DNA from: the human T2T-CHM13v2.0 reference genome, Homo sapiens
DNA length: 64,000 nt
Strand: one strand, 5' to 3'
Assembly (NCBI RefSeq): GCF_009914755.1
Contig: NC_060937.1
The notes beneath the pieces are model-generated. The model saw only the letters and a list, made by a program, of their open reading frames with translations. It did no database searches and was not told where the DNA came from. Below are positions 17,961-38,421 of the stretch, piece after piece. Positions within the stretch are counted from its first letter, which is position 1; the number at the start of each line of letters is the position of its first letter. The translations under genes were made by a program, and so were the position numbers.

Positions 17961-19852
17961 ATGTATACGTTGTTCATGACTTTATCACAATCAGTATCCT
18001 CAGACTGATAAGGGCTAAAATCTGATCAGCATGGATTCAAGTGAGAATGCGGAGGAGGAAATTGTGACAGAAAATACAGACAACTCCTTCCAGAAGTTTT
18101 GCTGTAAATGAGAGTTTTAAAAACTAGGTTGACAAAAATGGGATCAAGAGATCCCATTTTTGCTTTTTTAATTTTGGTTTTTTGCTTCTTTGCATTTGCT
18201 TTTTTAATTTTGGTTTTTTGCTTTTTTAGTGGAAGAGATGACAGCATATTTGTAAGTCAATGGGCCTGATCCAAAAAAGAAAGAAAAGCAGCTGAAAGCT
18301 AAAGAGGGGAATTAGGAAATAGGCAGGATTAGAGAGAGTGAGTCAGGAGTTAAATCCTAGAGGAATGACCCATGAGTTAGTAACAATGAGTAACAATGGA
18401 TGATACAATCTGATAATATGAGATTCAAACCAGTGTTTTAGGGAGAAACGAAAGAAACTACTCTGTAATTAACAAAATTAATTCCTAATTAACAACAGGA
18501 ACTACAAGGACTTTTATCCCATCTGTAGGCCCAATGATTCAAGGGCTATGGAAGAAAAAGAGTACCCTTGACAGGGTGTTCTTATGGAAGAAGTGGCTTC
18601 TTGTTAGATCAAAAAATAGCAGAAAGGCTTAGAAAAGGGGTCGAGGTTACTAAGGATATTGCTGATAATGAACCATGAATTCCAGTGAGCAGAGTTGACA
18701 AGAAATTCCAGGATATTTATGACAACCAGAATAAAAGACATAATAAAGTTGGTCCCAGTGAATTAAAGGCAGATGATCTACGAAGGAAGAAAAAGTTCTA
18801 TCTAGGTATTGCATCTAGCACAAAGTACAGAATTCCCGAATGATAAAGAGTCCTCTCCACCAAGTATGAATATGGCTCCTTGCAGTACAGGAACCTATGA
18901 ACTAAAAAGGCCAATTATCTGCTCACTCCAACAGAGACATCCAATACACAGCAAAAGAGCAAGGGCATGAGTACTTCTATTTGAGGAAAGAGAAGAGTGG
19001 GAAACACTCAGCAGCCACTGGTCCATAGTAATTACTAAATCATGCAGTAGGCACATGATCTGCCTTCAATTTCATGGCAAACAACAATTTTACAAATGTT
19101 CACCTCTGTAAAACTTGGGCTTCTATCTTCCTAGCCTTCCATATCACAGGCTTACTAACTTTGGCCCAACCACTAAGACAGTGCCACATAGTTTAGGTTT
19201 TGTTACAGCAGTAAGTACCCACTTCAGGATACCCACTTCTACACCTATTCAATAAATACTGCCTTCCATAATAAACTCCAAAATCTCAGTGGGCTAACCT
19301 TATGATTTTTTCTTTTTCTTGCTCAGGTAACAGATGCGTATTTCCCTGGTTGGGAGGATCTTCAATCAAAATCATAGACACAGACCCGTTTCAGGGAGTG
19401 GCTCTGCCACTCTTAACAGGGGCCCAAAAGATCATGCTTAGAGTTGTCTTCATTTTTCTTCACAAGGCAAGAAAAGGGGATGAATGAGCAAATATGGGTG
19501 ATTTTATGGATGATGCCTGGAAGTGATGTACATTACTTGTACTTGTAATCAACCAATAGAATTCAGTCTTATGGCCACACCAAACCACAAGAGAGGCTAC
19601 ACAAAGGCAGTCTAGTTTATCAAGGGAGAAGAGGAGAAGGGTTTGGTCACCAAATACCAGTTTCTGTCACACTATCATATATATTTCTGGAAAATAAGAA
19701 CTATGAGTGGAACTTGCCTGTCCACTTACAGATAATTAAACCCGGGAGACTTGGGTGATGAGATAAATCTATAGACAGGAAGGTCACTTAATTTTTGTGC
19801 AAATTGGAACATGTTCAAGCGTGAAAATCTGTCTTAAAAATTCAAATTATTT

Positions 19853-20157
<305 letters not shown>

Positions 20158-20334
20158 TTATATTTTGAAAGTATTTTCGAAATACTCATATTTTGAAAGT
20201 ATTTCAAAAATCAAATAATTTGAAATACCAATAGATTGGCTTATTATATTGCTGACCCTATAGTTCTATTTTAAAACTTTTGTATAATGCTTTTCAAATA
20301 CTTTAAAACTATATTGCAAGATAAATTATTTTCT

Positions 20335-20902
20335 CTTTTCAGCTTGTAAGTTCAGGGGTACATCTGAAGATTTGTTATACAGGTAAATTGTGTGCCATAG
20401 GGTTTTGTGGTGCAGATCACCCAGATAATAAGCATAGGACCTGATAGGTAGTTTTTTGATCCTCACCCTCCTCCCACCCTCTATCCTCAAGCAGGTCCTG
20501 GTGACTGTTGTTCTCTTCTTTGTGTGTATATGTACTTGATGTTTAGCTCCCACTTGTAAGAGAGAACATGTGGTATTTTGTGTTATTTTACTGTGTTAGC
20601 TCACTTAGTATGATGGCCTCCAGCTCCATCCATGTTCCTGCAAAGGACATGATCTTGTTCTGTTTATGACTGCATAGTACTCCATCCATGATGTATACAT
20701 ACCACATTTTCTTTATCCAGTCTACCATTGATGGGCATTTTGGTTGATTCCATATCTTTGCTATTGTGAATCATGCTGCTCTGAACGTAAATGTATATGT
20801 GTCTTTATGGTAGAATGTTTTATATTCCTTTGGGCATATACTCAATAATGGGATTGCAGGGTCAAATAATTCCATTTTAAGTTCACTCAGAAATTGCCAA
20901 AC
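20335..20902 (-). mobile_element. L1PA (old PA13-16 type) 3' end
   Basis: aagttcaggggtacat, tttagctcccacttgtaag, ctccatccatgttcctgcaaaggacatgatc. Confidence 0.9.
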
Positions 20903-21834
20903 AATAAATTGCTTTCTCAAAATAAAGAAAACATTTTCATTCCAAAGTAAGTGTTTTAAAAAGTGCTTACGTTGATTATCTGAGCCTTAGAAAATAAGCA
21001 GAAAAATCACTCTTGCTATTCACACACTTGCTTCTTCGTAATATCAGTCTTTAATATAATGTCACTAGTTTTTCCTGAAGAATATGTTTTATAATATGAA
21101 TTTCTTTTAAATGTTTTTATAAAATTTTCTTTATTCTTCTTTAAAATTACGGTAAAAACATTTGAAATCATTACCCCAATCCACTGGCTCTTCTATGTGG
21201 GCCATAATATTTTTAACTTAAAAAATAAAATCTACAAGTACTGAAGTACTTATCAGCTGAAAACAAATTCTACTAAATAGAGAACATTCTCACTTCTAGG
21301 TTTTGTACTGAAATATGTGAATATTTCAGCACACACTCCTACAGGTACTGTCTACTTGCTTCCATTCAGAATGCCTTTTTTTCAATAACTTTTTTTGTAA
21401 GAAAAAACTTAGGAAAGTTACCACTATTTATAATTTAGAGAAAGTTTCACAAATTTAGATGCTACAAAATCTGAATTTAATTCCATTCTAGTAAAGAATG
21501 CAATTTACCCAATTAGAACAAGAGTTCCAACAGCATATTTTTAACTCAAGTAGAAAAATCCTAAAGTGCCATTGTATAACTTTAAAATTATATCTTTTAT
21601 AACTTCTGAGGATTCTTCATTTAGCTTCATTTTTTCTTTTTAGGTTTAAAATTCAATGTGCTCCTATTTGTAAGCTTCATTTAGTATCCTAAATGACCTG
21701 ACCATTCCAAAGATAGGTACTACTATTAAAATTTTTAAAAGAAAGGCCTTGAGAAGTTAAATAAGTTGCCCAAGGGTTACACATTTATTCATGATAATCC
21801 TGCTCTGGGTGCCTCATAAGCATCTCTATTCCTG

Positions 21835-22216
21835 ATGTCCAGAAAAACTTTCTTAGGTTAGTGAAGCCCCAGCAGTGAGTGTTACAGCTCTTAAAGGTGG
21901 TAGGGACCCAAAGAGTGGGCAGCAGCAACATTTATTGTGAAGAGCAAAAGAACAAAGCTTCCACAGCATACAAGGGTCCCCAGCATGTGGGGGGTGGCCA
22001 GCTTTTATTCCCTTATTTGTCCTTGCCCATGTCCTGCTGATTGATCCTTTTTACAGAGTGCTGATTGGTCCATTTTACAGAGCACTGATTGGTGCATTTT
22101 GCAAACCTCTAGCTAGCTGCAGAGCGCTGATTGGTGTGTTTTACAATCCTCTTGTAAGACAGAAAAGTTCCACAACTCCCCACTGCACCCAGAAGTCCAG
22201 CTGGCTTCACCTCTCA
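21835..22216 (-). mobile_element. LTR12F-like (ERV9) solo LTR, partly deleted
   Basis: gtgagtgttacagctcttaaagg, repeated gctgattggt, terminus cagctggcttcacctctca. Confidence 0.9.
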
Positions 22217-23304
22217 TTATGACCTCAATCACCAGAGAGGCATTTCCCTAACACTCCTCTGGTACCTAGTGGGTGAACTACCAGGAAGTAGGCTCACCGA
22301 CACAGTTTGGGTCAAATGACCCATGAATTGTGATCATGTGAAAAAGTGGAAGCACCTGTAAGAAAAAGATAAATGGAGTATGGGGAGTGATATTCAAATA
22401 ACCTCGGTCTGAGCAGTTCAAATAATGGATAGCTCCTATTCCAGGGCATGTGAAAACTATCACAATGTTTATGAAATGTGAAGAGAAGAATCTCCTGGCA
22501 ACAAAATAACTTAAAAATATTAGCTAAACTTCACAGCTAAAAATAAAATAATTATGCTATGTATGTCAAAGTTCCCTATCAACTTCCTGTGCTGGAAAAG
22601 TGAAAATACAATTACTATAATTCTTTGCATTTTTATATATTAGTGTTCTTCTCTTTACTACGGGGTTTTTTTTAACCTCACTTAAAGAATATCAAACAAA
22701 TTCAATTAGAAAATTAGCTCTATGTGTTTAACTAAGTTATATTCTAAAGATAAGGAAATTGAGGGAGAAACGAATGACATAAATTTCCCAACAATGAGCA
22801 GCCAGTTACAGTCAGGGCAAAGTCTCAAACACAGTCCTCTTCGTTCTAAATCCTGAAAACTGGTAAACAAAGCACAGTGTAACAGCATGATCCAAATCTT
22901 CAGAGATAAACTTCTAATAAGAGTTGTTTGTTTTTGTTTTATTTTGTTTTTACCGAACACATATTAATAATTCACTACAACAATGAAAGTTAATATCAAA
23001 TTTTCTCTTCACTATCAACAAAATAATATCTTCCTTGTTTTAGTTTAGTTTGCAGTTTCTCAGCCCAAATTCCTTTCCCTTCTCTATTATGTTGCAATAT
23101 ATTACTCCAAGCAGTCTTTGCATAAACACATCAAAAGCCAATTTGGCTGGTGTGGGGAATTGTTAGGCAGATAGGAGCAGAAACACCTGCTGCAGTCCTC
23201 TCTAATGGGCTGTAAATTAAGACTGTCAGAAACTTGCCTCAAGTAAAATCAGACAGGAGAAATGTTCCAGATCCAGCTGGGATGACTGTCAGCTGGTAAC
23301 AGGT

Positions 23305-23657
23305 GTGTCTTAGTGCATTTGGGCTGCTATAATACCCTTAACTGTGTGGCTTATAAACAACAGAAATTTATTTCTCACAGTTCTGGAGGCTGAGAAGTGC
23401 GAGAGCAAGGTGCCAGCCGATTCAGTGTCTGGTGAAGGCTCACTTTCTTTTTCATGGATGGTGCCTTCTCACTGTTTCATCACATGGTGAAAGGGGAGAG
23501 AGATCTCTCTTCATCTTTTATGAGGGCACTAATCCCATTCATGAGGGCTCCACTCCCATGACCACCTCCTAAAGGTCCTACCTCCTAATGCCATCACCTT
23601 GGAGGTTGATTTCAACATACTTATTTTGCAGGAAACACAAACATTCAGACCAGAGCA
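23305..23657 (-). mobile_element. MLT1A/MST-type MaLR solo LTR
   Basis: tgtcttagtgcatttgggctgctataa...atttatttctcacagttctggaggctg...aacattcagaccagagca. Confidence 0.88.
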
Positions 23658-23987
23658 AATGAAAAACCGTATCTTTCAGCTGGAAGAGTTGGAAGTCTTG
23701 ATGAAGGACCACTGGTACTTTTAGAAATGTGCTGTTACAGTATCATAGTGCCCCTTAAAAATGTCGTTGACATTCTATAGCTTCATGAACCTACGGAGAA
23801 TGCAGTGAATAATGTAGAAGTTTTATCAAGGAATAATTCAACTTTATTTCAGATTTAGAGTATTTGAAAGTTTTCAAGCAAAATAAATCAGTACTTTGTA
23901 CAAGCACATTTATTTTAGTCTCATGATTTTAAAAATAATATGAGAATTTCCAATTTAAAGGAAATAAGCAGATGACAAATTATTTAG

Positions 23988-24288
<301 letters not shown>

Positions 24289-25224
24289 TAGATTTTAATC
24301 CAAGAAACACACAAAAATTCTTCTTAAGTCTATTCAACTAAGTAATTGCCCAGCAACTTAATATTTAAGATGATTGTGAAAACATAAAGGAACATCTCTG
24401 GGCAAGGGCTGATTGAGACATTACATTCTTATTCTTCTTTTAAAAATGTATTGATATAATTTTAAAGGATTTCTGAAATTCGAGAAATATGGCTTTACAG
24501 TTGCCTAAAAGATCATAATCCTAGAACCTTTTCAGGAAAGGCACTTTGTACCTCAGCACAAAGATAGAAAGCAGACCAATAGCCAGGCCAGCAGCAGCAA
24601 CCAAGTGGCTTAGCTCATCTGGAAAGGAACAGGAAGGCAAACGTACAGTGAGAAATCCATATTGAAAGAAGAACATGGAGTCAAAATTTAAATCCAAGCA
24701 GTATCTTTTTCCCACTGGCATAACAGTTCTGCATAATAACTTTATTTTTGTCTTCAGCGTGTGCTGTTGACTCCACACATAATATGTAATGTGTTTGTAA
24801 TGCAATGAATCAATTATTATCTTGCTAAGTATTAGGGACAATTAACCAAAACCTTTTATTTAAATTTTAAGAAGACTTTTTTTTTTCACTTTTGTTGGAG
24901 CTATATGGGAAAAAGGGAAAGTAGTACTCATTTGTATTCCTCCCCTTCCTGAACAAACTGCCAAAATGCACAAAAAGCAGTCAAAAGTAGGGAAGAAAAG
25001 TTTATCTATACTGAAAATAGGGTCTGTCACAGCTCCACAGTGCAAAATCGGAGAACATTTGCCAAATTCTGCACACTTTGGGTGAGATGGAAAGAAGGAG
25101 CTTAAAACCAACATATGCTCCCTTTACGTGTAAGCACAAAAGTACAGAGAGGGGAAAGTTCTAGATAAAAGAAAGAAGGAAGTTTCTTTTCTCTCTTCTA
25201 GCCATTTAGACTTTCGTTTTGTTG

Positions 25225-26385
<1,161 letters not shown>

Positions 26386-26386
26386 T

Positions 26387-27640
<1,254 letters not shown>

Positions 27641-27779
27641 ACCCTGTAGTTTTTAAACTCCTTACACAGAAATATACATATATAATTTATATATGTATAA
27701 ATTCAACTCAGTTTCCCCATGTATTAACTTTGCGCAATATATAGACTGTTAAAGAAAGACTGTTAAAGACCTTTTGCTT

Positions 27780-27855
27780 TTGTTTCTTGTACTTTATAAA
27801 ACCTACAAAGAACTTGTTTCTTGTACTTTATGAAACCTACAAAGAACTTGTTTCT
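27780..27855. repeat. 34-bp tandem duplication (2.2 copies)
   Basis: tgtttcttgtactttat(a/g)aaacctacaaagaact at 27781 and 27815, partial copy at 27849. Confidence 0.92.
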
Positions 27856-27910
27856 CCTATTTCTTATTCCACTCTTTGAATCATTCTGAAAGGAGTTGTG
27901 ATAACTGAGA

Positions 27911-27917
27911 TTTATTT

Positions 27918-27956
<39 letters not shown>

Positions 27957-28244
27957 TTTTTTGAGACGGAGTCTTGCTCTGTCGCCCAGGCTGGAGTGCA
28001 GTGGTGCGATCTCTGCCCACTGCAAGCTCCGCCTCCGGGGTTCACACCATTCTCCTGCCTCAGCCTCCTGAGTAGCTGGGACCACAGGCACCCGCCACCA
28101 CGCCCGGCTAATTTTTTTGTATTTTCAGTAGAGATGGAGTTTCACCATGTTAGCCAGGATGGTCTGGATTGCCTGACCTCGTGATCCACCTGCCTCGGGC
28201 TCCCAAAGTGCTGGGATTACAGGCGTGAGCCATCGCGCCTGGCC
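27911..28244 (-). mobile_element. AluY with (TTTA)n tail
   Basis: gcaagctccgcc, ttcacaccattctcc; TSD aactgag. Confidence 0.94.
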
Positions 28245-28757
28245 CAACTGAGGTTTAGTTTTTAAGTAGATTTATGTTCTACATTTTCTTTACATAAGTT
28301 GAAAGAGCATCCCAATAATTACTTGATGAATGATTAGAGGGTATTATAAATAATCATAATGAATATTGTTAAACACCAGAACTACTGGGAAGACAAAACA
28401 AAGTGGGAAGGATGTCATGTACAAATAGCAAAAAATAAACCGAACCTTTACCAAAAGTGACAATTCTGCTTTGATTATATATCTGATAATAATGGTCTAT
28501 AAAACTCTGATGGATGAGCCCTGTTTAGAAATGAATTGAAATGCATAGACAAGATCACATGAATGGATTTGAAGGGTTTGTGTCCTTCCTGGATTATGAG
28601 AAAACTCAATTAAGTCCCTAAAAGGAGGGTGGAAATGATATACAGCAAACCAGACTGCATGAATTTTTTGCAACTACAGATGTATTGCTTTCACATAAAC
28701 TCATAATAGGCCAAAAAGTGAATAAAAATACATTTACACAAAGAAAACTATCTTTCG

Positions 28758-29056
<299 letters not shown>

Positions 29057-29308
29057 TTATATATGAAACATTTGTGCACAACACAGAAAGTGCCTCCACC
29101 CAACATGGAGATTTTGAATACACATCATGGATGTGTACACATTAGGGATGCTATTGAAAACACATCAGGGATGCTTTTGAATACACATTATGGAGTGGTT
29201 CCTGTATTTCTTCAAAACTTGAAAATGAATACAATTACACTGGACTGGAGAATGCTTACCTAGCAAGGCACACCCCATCTCCTTGGACAAGAAGATAATC
29301 ATAAAATA

Positions 29309-29677
<369 letters not shown>

Positions 29678-31309
29678 CTAGAGACCTTGCATGGGCAATA
29701 GCTCCAGTGACAGGACCTTTGCATCTGTCTTTTTTATTTTACAGTGAGTCCACTCTGCCTTTTATTCTGCATCATTCCTAACAGCATCACCTCCTCCTAT
29801 GCAGGGAGTGGAGTGCAGGCGTTGTCTTCCAACAACATGAAGCAGTGTAAGGACCAGCGTGGCATCTTCCTCACCCTGTAGCCAGGGCACTTGGAACACA
29901 GCAGACACTTGTCACATGCTGAATTATGGCCAACTCATGGTCTGAGGAATTGGGACTCGCTAATGTCAGCCTCAGACACATCATCTAAGGTCATGTAGCT
30001 CAGATGAATCATGGCGAGCATGGTGCTCTTTCATAGTTTGGCATTGATTTTCCTAACAAATGTGGTTAAACACATATTCAGTACTCTTTTTGAGCAAATC
30101 AGAGACAGAGAAAAAAAATCTAATATAAGGAGACGCTGAGGCTAATTAGCAGCCTGGGATTTTGTTATTCTCTCTCCTCTGAAGGTTCCATGACTGTTTT
30201 GACTTCTGGCCCTAGAAGGCCCATATCTCTTGGCTCTAGTTTTTAAATCTCACCATTATTTTAAGGCATATAATTTCCAGTCCCTTAGCCCTAAAGTCCT
30301 AAAACCCCAGCCATCTCAGCTCTCCATCCCCTAAGCCCCCACGTGCTCTGCTCTGTGGGTGTGTTCTAGTCCCTACTAGATCCCTTTCCTCTCTCTGAAA
30401 CACGCGCATTGGGGCCTGTGGGCCCTCATCCCACACTAGCTGGAGCTGAGGTGAGAAACTACAGCCCCCTCCCAAAGTCTTGAAAAGCAGCTGTTTGTTG
30501 CAGGCTTTTCTGGAGGGACGACAGATCAAGAGTGTAACCATGCCTCCAACAGCAATGCTGGCTCAAAATAATCCTCCCTAGGAGAGCCAGTTTCACACTC
30601 TCAGCAGCATCGCCCACTCTTCCCCCAGGCAGGCTTCTCACCTCTCTGGTGCTCCCTTCTTCCTCCTCCTCAGGCAAATGTGCCCATGTTGTCACCTCTA
30701 AAGCCGGCTCCTGAGCCCCCGCCATTCTCCTGGGGAAGCAGGAAAGCACTCCTCCGCTAACCGCCTTCCTCTTAGGGACGAACTCCCTGGAGGTCTGGGG
30801 AGCACCCTGCCTTCCTGCACTCTCAGTGCTGTTGTGTAAAGCTGCCTCTACAAAAGCCATACGTCTCCTCCAATCATGTGGGAATCCTCACAAAGCCAGG
30901 ACCACTGTTTTTACTTTATTCTTTAAATTGTCACATGATATAAAAACCAGTATACAGATATGAAAAGGTTTTAATTTTTAAATGTATTTATACTTGAACG
31001 CACAAAGTTTCATGTCAACACATAATAGTCTTTTAAATTCCTTTTCTGGTTTCTTTAGACTTTCTTCCTTCACCTACATCGGGTTTTCCCAACACGCAAT
31101 AAACAAGGTAAGGCTCTCCTGAGTGTCTTCCCGGGTTTTCTCTGTGCTTGCAGAATCCCTACAGACATGGACAAAAACAAACGCACTGAGACAGCTGCTC
31201 TTTGTTTTAAAAAATTGGCATCCTACTATACATACTTTTCTGCATGTTGGTTTTCTAATTCAACAGTACCTTGTGAAAAACATTTTCAAGACAACGGATA
31301 TAGTTTTAA

Positions 31310-31865
<556 letters not shown>

Positions 31866-32639
31866 TGTGGACATACTATAATCTGTAATGGATTCATCCA
31901 TTCCTTTACGGGAAGGCAACCCACATTTTGGCCACCACAATGAAATGCAGCAATAAATATATTTACACATACTTTTGATAAAAATTATTTTATCAAATAG
32001 TTTTAAATATACCTTTTGTCAAAACCTTGGATCTGGAAATAAGCTTTCTAAACTAATAGAAAGTATTCACTGTGTTCACCATGTAAGCTAGTTAGCAAAG
32101 CCAATCTTCATTGTCAAACCAATTAGACAAATAAGTCTTTTAAATAAAAAAAGTTTCAAAATTTAAGTCAGCATGTTTAACATGTGAGAGGAATATCTCA
32201 AACTGAGAAAGTCGAATTCTTACTGCAAGATGGACTACTAAAAGCAGTCAGGAATGACATTATTTTACTTCAATCTAATTCATCTATGCATTTTATTAGC
32301 TATAAAGTTAAAAGCATAAATCTATATACTGTCTTACGTACATAATTCTAAGCAATACAATGTAATGTGTACAAAAATAGAAAACTACTTACAAAGCTAT
32401 AAATGTAATTCAAAGCATGATATTCAGCAAATATAAGTGTACGTGGGCATGAACTCTAGTAACTGGCTTTGGGAATAAAAATAAGAAAAAAATCTATCAA
32501 ACACTTTAGATTTGTGATAAATTTTAATAAAGAATTTTGTATATTTAATGAAGGAGAAAGGAATATGCTATAAAAATCTGAGTCGAGCTGTTAGCACATT
32601 TCACACAGCACATTGCAGAAACCAAAAGAAGACACAAAA

Positions 32640-34516
<1,877 letters not shown>

Positions 34517-34650
34517 TAAGAATGCTACTAATACAGTGGTAAGAAAAAATGAAACCAAATTCTCCTTTGTTTCATTTTTCCTGTTAAAGAGTGAAAACAG
34601 TTAAAGACATACCTTTTCATTAGAGTCCTGTTTTTGCTATGTCTTGTAAG

Positions 34651-34974
34651 TTTTTGTTTTTTTTTTGTTTTTTTTGTTTTTTTTTGTTTTGAGGCAGAGT
34701 CTCGCTTTGTCGCCCAGGCTGGAGTGCAGTGGCACGATCTCTGCTCATTGCAAGCTCCGCCTCCCGGGTTCACACCGTTCTCCCCGCCTCAGCCTCCCAA
34801 GTAGCTGGGACTACAGGCACCCGCCACCATGCCTGGCTAATTTTTTTTGTATTTTTAGTAGAGACGGGGTTTCACTGTGTTAGCCAGGATGGTCTTGATC
34901 TCCTGACCTTGTTATCCGCCCACCTCGGCCTCCCAAAGTGCTTGGATTACAGGAGTGAGCCACCGCACCAGGCC
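34651..34974 (-). mobile_element. AluY
   Basis: gcaagctccgcctcccgggttcacacc; TSD gtctt(g/t)taagttttt. Confidence 0.93.
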
Positions 34975-35734
34975 GTCTTTTAAGTTTTTATATGCAGTGT
35001 TCTCATTAATTTTTCTAAATTATCAATAATTGCAGTTATTTCCTCTCTACCAAATAGTTATTTTAGAGAATGTTAAATTTTCAAGTGATTGTATTTTTAA
35101 TTTAAATAGTCATCAGTGTACAGAGAAAGGACTTTTTTAGGATTCTTTTGAAGTCCCTTGATTAAGAGAGGTGTTTTTCCCTCCTATAAGGTTGGAATTA
35201 AGTTGACTTTTCTTCCACAGTAATCTCATTTAGACCCTCATTTAAAGAAATTCAACAAAAGTCTAATGCCAACTCCCTTTCCCCAGTTTCTAGCGCTAGC
35301 TAATTAGAGCTTTTTCCTACTTTCGTATTTCTTTCATTATTTGGATGAAAATCTGGAATAATTAGGTGTGCATTCAGATCACTGTCTTGTTCAGCAGCCA
35401 GTCACAGGTAATAGTTTAGCTGCCTGATGCTACAGCTCTCTTCTGTAATGTAAACCATTGTTTTTGTTTGTTTGTTTGTTTTTTGCCTCTTTGCTCTTTC
35501 CAGCACAGTGTTCTGTGATCATGGCAATACCAGAAGCATTTTAAATTCCTTCTGAAGAAAAAGACACTATCTGCTTAGAATTTAAGCTGGAAACCAACAG
35601 CAACCTCCTTGTTGCTGTGCCATGCTTTTTTCCTACATCATGTGATTGTAGAAGCCTACCAGCAGCGATAACTCAGCAGTAACTTGAGGATACATCTGTT
35701 TAATTGCTTCACGCCCAGTGTCAGATAGATAATA

Positions 35735-35850
35735 ATAGCAGCAGAAAGGACCTGAGAGATCATCCAATTAGTACAAGCCCCCTGTTTTGTAGATGAGGAA
35801 AATGAGTCATTGCTAAGACTTTCACACAGTTATTTAGTGGAAAATTTGCA
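35735..35850 (-). mobile_element. MIR fragment
   Basis: aaaggacctgagagatcatcc...ttttgtagatgaggaaaatgag. Confidence 0.65.
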
Positions 35851-36419
35851 TTCATATTTACACAAAGAGCAATGCCTTACATAATAGAAAACTAACGACT
35901 TAGTATGATTTATGGAAATGTAATTTTTGAAAGAGCTACCCATAACCTCAGGTCCTTCAGAAACCAGGAAGAATAGAAATGGCTTTGTCAGCCTTTAAAA
36001 ACAGCTATTAAATTTGCTATTCCAAATGTCAGCAGGTAAGTTACTCCACAGAGTAGGGCATGAAAAGCACCCAGAAGACATGGAGAAGATTTATACTTGA
36101 GTTCTTGTATTTCAAACTCATTGTATTTTCTTGATGATGAAGACAAGTGATTTTTGTAAAACATACATTTGTAATTTAAAGACAGATAGATGCTGACTCA
36201 TTACCCGGATTAAAGTACTCTCCACATAAATAGTTGTCATCTGCCGTAGCCCCACCTGTTTCTACTCCATTTTCAACCTCTTTTTTCCTTGTTTTCTTTC
36301 CAACATTTAGACATGAGATTTCACTCTTGGGCTTAAAGTCAGCCCTCAGTAATAATGTTGATACTATTCTGATGCCCTTTTCATTCCAACTCTGATTTTA
36401 ATTCTAATACTAATACTAG

Positions 36420-36640
36420 CACTAGCTAAAGTTGATTGAGTGCTTACTTGATATTCTAAATGCTTTACATGAACTATCTAATTTAACAGAAATAGCAACC
36501 TACTACTATCTCTCTCCATTTTACAGATTAAGAAACTGAGGCACAGAGAGGTTGTATCTGTAGGAAGTGGCAGAATGAGCCATCCACCCAGGCAATCAGG
36601 GTCTAGATAGAACCTGCAGTCTGTTTGAACCACTGAGCTC
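36420..36640 (-). mobile_element. MIR
   Basis: ccattttacagattaagaaactgaggcacagagaggtt. Confidence 0.85.
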
Positions 36641-37242
36641 TACAACCCCACCCAGTGGCTCATTTGGGTATCAGGTCATGTCCAAGTAAAAAGGTAAAAA
36701 GGGCAATTATAGGAGCCTCCCCAACCACACATGGGAAGGGGCCATGGAACCAGTTTTTCTTGTAAAAAGGACAGTTCACTTGACCAAACTTGACCACACA
36801 TACCACAGCAAGCTGATGACAGCGCCATACATGATTTTTCATGAGCAAAGAGAAATGTACTGCATACATCTTAACCTCCAGTTGTTCATTTTGAGAAGGA
36901 ATAAAAGATCCAGAAGGAAAAGTAGATCCCGTTCAGACAGTTTATAAACACTTAACCAGTGCTCATAGCCCAGTGCAGAAGGACAGGAAACTCACCAAAC
37001 CTACACAGGGTTTTGTCAGATGGTGGTTTTTCAGGGTAAAATGGTGGACCTTATTTGGAAATACTTTCTCCTTTATCTCATAACCTTTGGTCAACTTTAA
37101 GAGGGTATTCTTGAATGTTTATTCCCATTGGTGTCAGATGAAGACTGAAAACATCCATTGAATTTCACAGCTAGGAGGTTGTTAATGGAGATAATTTTAG
37201 TGGATTGGTGAAGGCCACAGCAGGTATCAGATTTAGAACTGA

Positions 37243-37681
<439 letters not shown>

Positions 37682-38129
37682 AGATGTTTTAAGATTCTTG
37701 AGCATAATTAAATACTAAAGTGACAAGGGTGATAAAGAGGGAGAGGACAAAATAATGCCACAGGCTCTAAAGGAACTGAGGACATAGGGACAGGACAGGA
37801 AGAGACAAACCTCCTGCAGATGCTGACAGAAAGTCCCCTTAACAGATCAGGGCAGGAGTTGAGAAGGGCAAGAGGCTGAGATCATCTCTACCATAGCTGT
37901 TTATTTCCTGGTGAAGTCCACAGGGCTTGGGCAATATTCATTGATTTCAATGGCATTGATTGGTAGTTGGAATTCTTTTAAATTTCTAATGAGTATTCTG
38001 AAATAAATATTAGGGTAAATAGGACAAAATTGGTCAAGGTTTTGTCCAGTACAGGGAAGGATAGAAAGGCAGAACCATGAGAGCAGTAAAATGGTGCCAT
38101 TTAAGGTCTTGGATATTTTATTTTATAAT

Positions 38130-38421
38130 TTTGTTTTTGAGACAGAGTCTCACTCTGTTGCCCAGGCTGGAGTGCAGTGGCACGATCTTGGCTCACTGCA
38201 ACCTCCACCTCCCAGATTCAAGTGATTCTCCCTGCCTCAGCCTCCTGAGTAGCTGGGATTACAGGTGCGTGCCACCATGCTGGGCTAATTTTTGTATTTT
38301 TAGTAGAGATGAGGTTTCACCATATTGGCCAAGCTGGTCTTGAACTCCTGACCTCAAGCAATCCACCCGTCTCAGACTACCAAAGTGCTAGAATTACAGG
38401 CATGAGCCACCACACCTTGCC
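38130..38421 (-). mobile_element. AluSx/Sz
   Basis: Full-length; TSD gatattttat. Confidence 0.92.
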
